NCBI RefSeq assembly: GCF_006345805.1
Contig: NW_021829770.1
Coordinates: 1-5,639 of the forward strand
Origin: Octopus sinensis
Taxonomy: Eukaryota
DNA: 5,639 nt
Reading direction: 5' to 3'
Below, in pieces: positions 1 through 5,639 of this stretch. The notes under the pieces were generated by a model. The model saw nothing but the letters and a program-made list of their open reading frames with translations. It did not search any database and was not told the origin of the DNA. The first letter of the stretch is position 1; each line of letters opens with the position of its first letter. The translations under genes and the position numbers were made by a program.

Positions 1-363
1 GTTAATATTATTATTATGGTGTTGTTTTCGTTGTTCTTGTTTTTGTTGTTGGTATTATTATTATTGTTGTCATTATGATCATCATCATTATTATTATTAT
101 TATCATCATCATTATTATTATTATTATTATTATTATCATCATCATTATTATTATTATTATTATTATAAATATTATTAATATTAATATTATTATTAGTGTT
201 GTTTTTGTTGTTATTATTATTATTATCATTATTATTATTATTATTATTATAAATATTATTAATATTAATATTATTATTAGTGTTGTTTTTGTTGTTATTA
301 TTATTATTATCATTATTATTATTATTATTATTTATTTTATTATTATTATTATTATTATTATTA
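1..363. repeat. Compound trinucleotide microsatellite (ATT/ATC/GTT)n containing an 84-bp tandem duplication
   Basis: Continuous (ATT)n with ATC and GTT interruptions. Landmarks recur at exactly 84-nt spacing: AAAT at 167 and 251, the G of TAGTG at 196 and 280, C at 143, 227 and 311. The Ile/Leu-rich ORFs 14..313, 75..413 and 280..474 largely derive from this tract. Confidence 0.95.
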
Positions 364-372
364 GGTTTGCAG

Positions 373-444
373 GCAAACAGGCATGTCAACATACATCTCC
401 TTGGAGGATTTGAATTTATCATGCACAACTTCATTAAAAAAATG
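373..444 (+). CDS. Possible short internal coding exon (xQTGMSTYISLEDLNLSCTTSLKK/C), phase-compatible with 582-702
   Basis: Acceptor TTTGCAG| at 372 and a weak donor ATG|GTACTT at 444/445. The frame with a 1-nt lead and 2-nt overhang is open and joins in frame to the exon at 582 across a 137-nt intron. Confidence 0.17.
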
Positions 445-581
445 GTACTTGTGGAATATATTACTGAAAGTTGAATTCGGAATGGTTCACTGTCCTCTCG
501 CACATTTACCTTGAAGTGAAAAAAATATGGTTCGCCCTTAATGTATTAATATTTTGGATTTTGTAAACATTTCTTTACTAG

Positions 582-702
582 TTATAAAAGATGGCTTCTT
601 TCTCTTCACTATTGGTATCACGTTATAGCCACAATAGCGCTATCAGTGGTACTATTCCCGAAGGAAAAATATCTTCAAGAAATTAAACCAGAATTTGTTT
701 AA
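582..702 (+). CDS. Candidate terminal coding exon: YKRWLLSLHYWYHVIATIALSVVLFPKEKYLQEIKPEFV* (membrane-protein C-terminus)
   Basis: Pyrimidine-rich acceptor CATTTCTTTACTAG| ending at 581, 39 open codons with one hydrophobic helix followed by a charged tail, TAA at 700-702 and AATAAA at 714-719. Family resemblance judged by eye only. Confidence 0.38.
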
Positions 703-1380
703 AATTGACAACCAATAAAAAAAATGACAATAGCGCAAACACATTTCGAAAGAGAATAAAATTCTGTTTTGCTAACTTCAGCGTACACGTACACATCAAA
801 ATTTTAACTATATTTTGATAGGGTGGCTATCGAGGAAGTATCATGGAATAAGAGTTTTGCATTCGGGAGAAACGGAAACGAAAAGCATGAGAGCGATATG
901 TCACAGAGTATAGAACTTCTTAGTCCAGGAATACACCCAGGAAAGAACAAGGTGCTAAATTAAATTTGTATTTCCCTGAACAGAGCAGACATTTAAATGC
1001 CCGCAAAAGTATAGGTAGAAGACCTAAGATGGTCATTTAACTTCGCTGTGTCTCAAAGCAGAACAAGCATTCACATGTCCGCAGAAGGATAATTAGAAGA
1101 AGCTCTGACCGGTTTGTTGAGCCATGTTGTTTTCCTCGGCGGTTGTAAGATATACGAATGTGTGTTCTTGTCTTGAAGGATAAAAGCGAAACAAGGTGAG
1201 AGGTAAAAGATGGTTCTCCATGGATTAGCCTGCAAAGCGTTTCCCGAATGCAGTGGGACAGAATACAAGGTACGTTGTAGTGACGTTCATTCATAGCGCG
1301 CCGTTACCTTCGTGGTAAAGTACGATAGGTGTTGATTGCGAACGAAACATGAAACATTTTGTGGACATGATAGATTTTGT

Positions 1381-1695
1381 ATGGAGCTACAATACCGAAA
1401 AGCCTCCCAAGACCCACAGTTATATTCAGAGCTGAATTTTGCTCACTGTGTTAACGATTCGACCAGGTTCGATGTAAACAACTCATCGTTCCTTCTAAAA
1501 ATTACTGGCCTTGCTGCAAAATTAGGAGGAATCTTGTTATTGTTGGCGGTGTTGGCAATGGCTGTTGCAACCATTGGGTTGATAGTGGAGATAAAGAAGG
1601 TAATGGTTCCTGGTTCTGCAAGAGATGACGGAGGCGATGGCGAAGGTTACGCACAACAGCAATACAAACAGACTGTGTCGTCTCTAGTCTACTAG
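1381..1695 (+). CDS. 104-aa ORF with one predicted transmembrane segment; coding status unproven
   Basis: First in-frame ATG at 1381 (the track starts at a TTG at 1336). Segment GGILLLLAVLAMAVATIGLIVEI is followed by KK. Possible internal acceptor TATTCAG| at 1429 and donor AAG|GTAATG at 1599/1600. No family recognised. Confidence 0.2.
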   Translation: MELQYRKASQDPQLYSELNFAHCVNDSTRFDVNNSSFLLKITGLAAKLGGILLLLAVLAMAVATIGLIVEIKKVMVPGSARDDGGDGEGYAQQQYKQTVSSLVY

Positions 1696-1865
1696 ATGTG
1701 CAAAACCACAGTATGACGTGTCGGAAATCTATTTAGCATTTAAAGAGATATTTGGTATCATTTTAAATGTAAATAGATTTTTTTATGGCTTGGACTGTGC
1801 ATGTGTCAGCGTGTGTCTATATATACATGTATGTATAAGAGTATTATGAATGCATACCTCAGATA

Positions 1866-2127
1866 AATATGTGTGCGTGTGTGTGTGTACATGTACATAT
1901 ATATGTGTGTGAGTGCATGTAATATAAACACATATATACATATATATACATAACAAAATATGTATATATCTATATAAATATATATAAGTACTATGTATAT
2001 ATATATATATATAATATATATCTATATATAAATAAATAAAAATATGTTTTGAAAAAAAATATAATATTTTTTTAAAAAAAAAAAGAAATATATATATATA
2101 TATACGTGTATATAAGTATGTATAAAT
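1866..2127. repeat. Compound low-complexity tract: (TG)n, degenerate (TA)n, A and T runs
   Basis: Read directly from the sequence. Confidence 0.9.
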
Positions 2128-2212
2128 GTATCTATCTTTCTGTCTACCTATCTTCTTATCTATCTTCTATCTATCTATCTATCTATCTATCATCTATCGA
2201 TCTATCTATCTA

Positions 2213-2293
<81 letters not shown>

Positions 2294-2301
2294 GTCTGTC
2301 T
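2128..2301. repeat. (TATC)n / (GATA)n tetranucleotide microsatellite ending in (TGTC)n
   Basis: Long, nearly pure TATC run from about 2170 to 2293 with degenerate flanks. It explains the YLSI-repeat ORFs 2106..2315 and 2126..2470. Confidence 0.97.
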
Positions 2302-2320
2302 CTTTAATTGTTTAACTACA

Positions 2321-2364
2321 TATGTATGTTTGTGTGTGTCTGTGTGTGAGTGTATATATACGTA

Positions 2365-2421
<57 letters not shown>
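2321..2421. repeat. Compound (TG)n-(TA)n-(TG)n microsatellite
   Basis: Pure (AT)n at 2372-2407 followed by (GT)n at 2408-2421, with degenerate TG/TA upstream. Confidence 0.95.
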
Positions 2422-2982
2422 CGATAGGTCAATGCCTTGGTGCGTGTTGCCTTATATGCGTTTCATGTGAGAGCGTATTATTTGTTTATAGCATAAAAAA
2501 TGGAAACAATATATATATATAGGTATGTATGTATGTATATGTAAATGTATTGAATTGAATGCAGACGTTGGGATGCGTTTTGAGTCGCTAATCAGAGATA
2601 TCACGAATTCTACTTAATTTCGGCGTACAATAATTTTTTAAATCTTCTAATGGCAACAAAAAGAAAGAAAAAAAAAATTGCCAGCAGATATCTATTTCAT
2701 TAGTGGGGCAACATCACGTGAAACCCACGCATCCAAAAGTTATTGTGAGACAATTACAGGCTAAACTTAGTAATTCACGTTTGAAAACATACTAATTAAC
2801 ACTAGTAACATTTGGTCCTTTCAGAGAAACGAATGCAAGTTAGATTATTCCATCTCTATTGTAATGCAATTATATTTTAAAATCATATACTATACTCTTA
2901 AAGATCGCAAGCGTCAAATGACTGCAATTTCAGCCTCGAGTGTCAATTATATTTTCAGTCAGTTCGTTGAAATTAGTCAAGA

Positions 2983-3074
2983 TACACACACCACACACAC
3001 ACAAATATGTGTGTGATGCGTTTTATATTATATATATATATATATATAGAATATTATATATATATGGTGTGTGT

Positions 3075-3115
<41 letters not shown>
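2983..3115. repeat. Compound (CA)n ... (TA)n ... (GT)n microsatellite
   Basis: (CA)n about 2983-3002, (TA)n about 3024-3064, (GT)n about 3067-3114. Confidence 0.95.
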
Positions 3116-3116
<1 letters not shown>

Positions 3117-3123
3117 TTCGGTG

Positions 3124-3269
3124 ATAGGATGTGTGTTTGGTTGTAAAGCAAACTTCAAAACTAGTGCTTCGGAGTTTAGTCCTGCTACGCAATGTCTTCT
3201 AACACAGCCTGGGTTTGACAAAAGCCGTGTGTATAGACATGTTAAATGAAAGCAGAAAGACGTCCGTCG
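3124..3269 (+). mobile_element. Highly diverged 5'-half copy of the tRNA-derived SINE
   Basis: Colinear motifs shared with the reverse complement of the copies at 4200-4364 and 5450-5609: GAGTTTAGTCC (decayed B box), TGTCTTCTA, AGCCTGGG, GACAAAAGCCGTGTG, GAAAGACGTCCGTCG. There is an internal deletion of about 10 nt after the B box. Confidence 0.7.
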
Positions 3270-3329
3270 CGAATGTACATAAATACATACATACGGTCTC
3301 ACACAGACATATGCATATATTTATAATAT

Positions 3330-3492
3330 ATAAGTGCCGACGTGCCTTTATGGCCAGAAGTTTGCTTCCCAGCCGCGTGGTTCCAAGTTCAGTTCCACTG
3401 CATAGCACTTTTAGCAAATGTCTTCGATAGCCTCGGGCCGACGAAAGCCTTTGGTGTCTCTTGGAAAAACGGAAACTGAAAGAAATCAATCC
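3330..3492 (+). mobile_element. Diverged 5'-half copy of the tRNA-derived SINE
   Basis: TTTGCTTCCCAGCCGCGTGGTTCCAAGTTCAGTTCCACTGC...ATAGCCTCGGGCCGACGAAAGCC...ACGGAAACTGAAAGAA aligns colinearly to the reverse complement of 4200-4364. A and B boxes are degenerate, and the copy ends in (TA)n with no 3' module. Confidence 0.88.
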
Positions 3493-3563
3493 TATATATA
3501 TATATATATTATGTATATATGTATATGTATATAATATATAATATTATATATATATACTATATA

Positions 3564-3598
<35 letters not shown>
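3493..3598. repeat. Degenerate (TA)n microsatellite, left flank of the hammerhead module
   Basis: Read directly from the sequence. Confidence 0.95.
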
Positions 3599-3600
<2 letters not shown>

Positions 3601-3662
3601 GAGTAAACACATAAATGTGAAACCAGGTGGAAAAAAGAGTACTCAAATACCAGTGTAGAGTA

Positions 3663-3775
3663 ATATGCTTTATTTTAAGCAGCAGAAAATTCAACAAAAA
3701 AACTCTGTTCTGATGAACGGCAACAGAAACTCAGAGTAATCAGATTTTGTTGAATTTTCTGCTGCTTAACATAAA

Positions 3776-3781
<6 letters not shown>
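3663..3781. repeat. 37-bp inverted repeat (3663-3699 / 3745-3781) with a 45-nt spacer
   Basis: Perfect 25-bp core TTAAGCAGCAGAAAATTCAACAAAA (3675-3699) / TTTTGTTGAATTTTCTGCTGCTTAA (3745-3769). It extends to 35 of 37 Watson-Crick pairs, with one T-C mismatch and one G-T wobble. Confidence 0.97.
3704..3744 (+). ncRNA. Minimal type I hammerhead ribozyme motif, predicted cleavage after GUA at 3738
   Basis: CUGAUGA at 3710-3716, short stem II region ACG-GCAA-CA at 3717-3725 (only G3719-C3724 pairs), GAAA at 3726-3729, stem III ACU/AGU closing a CAG loop, cleavage triplet GUA at 3736-3738. Stem I pairs UCUGUU (3704-3709) with AUCAGA (3739-3744), 5 of 6 pairs. Confidence 0.72.
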
Positions 3782-3813
<32 letters not shown>

Positions 3814-3889
3814 ATTATATATGTATATATAGTTCAATGCATATATATACATATATAATATATATATATATATATATTATACTATATAT

Positions 3890-3921
<32 letters not shown>

Positions 3922-3947
3922 ATAATTTATATATATATAATATTATA
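3782..3947. repeat. Degenerate (TA)n microsatellite, right flank of the hammerhead module
   Basis: Read directly from the sequence. It explains the YI-repeat ORF 3747..4046. Confidence 0.95.
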
Positions 3948-4361
3948 TACTCTCTTTTACTTCTTCAGTCACTTGACTACGGCCATATACTGGAGCACCG
4001 CCTTATTTCGAGCAAATCCACCCCAGACTTATTCTTAGGATGCTAGTACTTATACTATCGGTCTCTTTTGCCGAACCGCTAAGTTACGGAGACGTAAACA
4101 CACCACCATCGGTTGTCAATCGATGTTGGGGGGACAAACACAAACATAAACACACTTAAATATACATATATATATATATACGAATATATACATATATACA
4201 ACGGGCTTCTTTCAGTTCCCATCTACCAAATCCACTCACATGGCTTTTGTCGACCAGAGGCTATAGTGCAAGACACTTACCCAAGGTGCCACGCAGTAGG
4301 ACTGAACCCGGAACCATGTAGTTGGTAAGCAAGCTACTTGCCACACAGCCACTCTTGCACC

Positions 4362-4364
<3 letters not shown>
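3948..4364 (-). mobile_element. Full-length tRNA-derived SINE (octopus-type) with an internal microsatellite
   Basis: On the minus strand: head ATAGGTGCAAGAGTGGCTGTGTGG, A box TGGCTGTGTGG (4351-4341), B box GGTTCAGTCC (4308-4299), body to about 4200, internal TA/TG tract about 4140-4200, and a 3' module ending GACTGAAGAAGTAAAAGAGAGT. Colinear with the copy at 5183-5609. Confidence 0.93.
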
Positions 4365-4397
<33 letters not shown>

Positions 4398-4404
4398 AAT
4401 ATAT
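4365..4404. repeat. (TA)n microsatellite abutting the SINE head
   Basis: Read directly from the sequence. Confidence 0.93.
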
Positions 4405-4456
4405 GTCGAAATTTCAACTATAGCTTCATCTTTAAAAGACGGAATATATAACTCAC

Positions 4457-4569
4457 CGAATATATTTAGAATTTGAAAGAAGATGCTACTGCACAAGACA
4501 GCAGCTGAGATATTCTCAAAATATGCAGGCAAGGCAGAAAGGGTACACAAAGTTGCAGGCTATGCATAA
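4457..4569 (-). other. Candidate minus-strand exon defined by strong splice signals
   Basis: Acceptor GTTATTTTCAG| (AG at 4571-4570) and a consensus donor TTCG|GTGAGT (GT at 4456-4455). The 113-nt version has stops in all three frames. A 103-nt version from the next AG (exon start 4559) is open as PATLCTLSALPAYFENISAAVLCSSIFFQILNIF. Confidence 0.25.
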
Positions 4570-5182
4570 CTGAAAATAACTAAATACTCAACAATCATAA
4601 TAAACCTGGTAACATGCTGTACTTGAAAAAAATTCCTTGCCTCATTTATTCTGTCCGAATTTATTCCACACGCACCGTAATACTCGCCACCATAAAACTC
4701 AGTAAGCCATTGATTGACCAGTTATAAAACAATAAATAGCGACATGATACAATGTTACACAATGAATATCAAAAGTTGGACGGATGCCAAAGAAATTTAA
4801 TGATTAAGAACCTCATTAGCTATTAAATAATGTTACAATAATGATAGTTAATTATTCATCAGTTATTAGTTAGCGGATGCTATATTTTATTGTATTTGTT
4901 CAATATTCATATCCGTTTGTTATATTCTCATTGATGTTATTTATATGGGAAAAAGAAGCGGCGCTGGCGATACAGTGTTAGGGAGAGCGTAAGAAATAGT
5001 GAGGGATAAAGTGTAGTGGCAATGAAGTGTATATAAAAAATGAATCCAAGGAACTTCGTATTGGTTTTTGTATACAAGAATCAATAGCTGAATTTTAGAA
5101 ATTTTGATAAGTTAATATAAGATGGAGAGGCGAAAAACAGACGTTTGGAGTCAAGTTCTCCGTCGGACAAATAATGTTTATT

Positions 5183-5394
5183 TATCTTCTATCTTTATCT
5201 TTTATCTTTTACTTGTTTCAGTCATTTGACTGCGGCCATGCTGGAGCAACTCGACCCGGGACTTATTCTTTTATAAGCCAGTACTTATTTTATCGGTCTC
5301 TTTTGCCGAACCGCGAAGTAACGGGGACATAAACACAACAGCCCGGTTGTCAAACAATGCTAGGGGGACAAACACAGACACACTAACACACACA

Positions 5395-5448
<54 letters not shown>

Positions 5449-5609
5449 TACGACGGGCTTCTTTCAGTTTCCGTCTACCAAATCCACTCACACAGCTTTG
5501 GTCGGCCCGAGGCTATAGTAGAAGACAGTGGTGCCCAAGGTGCCACGCAGTGGGACTGAACCCGAACCAGTGGTTTGATAAACAAGCCTACTTACCACAC
5601 AGCCACTCC
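5183..5609 (-). mobile_element. Near full-length copy of the same tRNA-derived SINE
   Basis: A box TGGCTGTGTGG (5605-5595), B box GGTTCAGTCC (5562-5553), internal (TA)n about 5398-5450, and a 3' module with a 17-nt deletion. The tail is about four degenerate AAAAGAT units (5183-5212). The head lacks about 8 nt relative to the copy ending at 4364. Confidence 0.93.
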
Positions 5610-5639
5610 ACAATTTGTAAAAACGAAGGCAACGAGCTA

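Larger units (their letters stand above)
3599..3781 (+). mobile_element. Small non-coding module inserted in (TA)n, carrying a hammerhead ribozyme; likely Penelope-like or retrozyme-like non-autonomous element or fragment
   Basis: About 180 nt of complex sequence with sharp boundaries against (TA)n on both sides. It contains a 37-bp inverted repeat enclosing a minimal type I hammerhead and has no ORF. Element class is inferred from the known association of minimal type I hammerheads with Penelope-like elements. Confidence 0.6.

Noticed and set aside
141-332. Regularly spaced repeats as a CRISPR array
   Set aside because: The context is eukaryotic, the units are contiguous identical low-complexity copies without unique spacers, and there are no cas genes.
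14-474. Poly-Ile/Leu/Met ORFs 14..313, 75..413 and 280..474
   Set aside because: They are translations of the (ATT/ATC)n tract, which lacks stops in some frames.
1037-1294. Minus-strand ORFs 1037..1294 and 1071..1268, a minus-strand acceptor near 1174, and plus-strand donors at 1195 and 1269
   Set aside because: Splice-like motifs exist on both strands, but I could not build a consistent open exon or recognise a peptide.
1557-1683. Signal-peptide-like minus-strand frame RRHSLFVLLLCVTFAIASVISC...
   Set aside because: It is immediately preceded by an in-frame TAG, with no ATG and no convincing acceptor.
2053-2073. 10-bp A/T palindrome, and the TGGCAA...TTGCCA pair around the A-run near 2651-2683
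   Set aside because: Low-complexity or very short arms, compatible with chance.
2106-2522. YLSI- and YI-repeat ORFs
   Set aside because: They are translations of (TATC)n, (TA)n and (TG)n microsatellites.
2714-2721. Palindromic E-box TCACGTGA, and TGACGT half-sites near 1281 and 1714
   Set aside because: Motifs this short are expected by chance, and there is no promoter context.
2940-4328. ORFs 2940..3146, 3007..3249, 3054..3302, 3199..3489, 3215..3430, 3747..4046 and 4113..4328
   Set aside because: They run through microsatellites and SINE sequence, often from non-ATG starts, with no protein-like character. The same applies to 5347..5559.
4290-4364. tRNA-like A and B boxes as a tRNA gene (also 5550-5609)
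   Set aside because: There is no full cloverleaf or acceptor stem. These are SINE heads continuing into the shared SINE body.
4830-4862. CTGATGA on the minus strand (4862-4856) followed by an AT-rich hairpin
   Set aside because: No GAAA follows the putative stem II, so it is not a hammerhead.
5165-5625. Target-site duplications around the long SINE copies
   Set aside because: Only a 4-nt ACAA match flanks the 5183-5609 copy, and the other copy sits in (TA)n on both sides, so no duplication can be defined.

Overview
Very AT-rich eukaryotic genomic DNA dominated by microsatellites and one family of tRNA-derived SINEs. The SINE sequence and the (TA)n/(TATC)n/(ATT)n load match what I recall of octopus (coleoid cephalopod) genomes; this assignment is from memory, not a search. 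There are four SINE copies: two near full-length on the minus strand (3948-4364, 5183-5609) and two older 5'-half copies on the plus strand (3124-3269, 3330-3492). Most ORFs in the supplied track are microsatellite artefacts. The most notable item is a ~180-bp module (3599-3781) embedded in (TA)n. It carries a minimal type I hammerhead ribozyme with an intact catalytic core (CUGAUGA...GAAA...GUA) whose stem I continues into a 37-bp near-perfect inverted repeat, suggesting a Penelope-like or retrozyme-like non-autonomous element. Weaker evidence points to a plus-strand terminal exon (582-702) encoding a membrane-protein C-terminus, and to other possible exons. No gene can be named with confidence.
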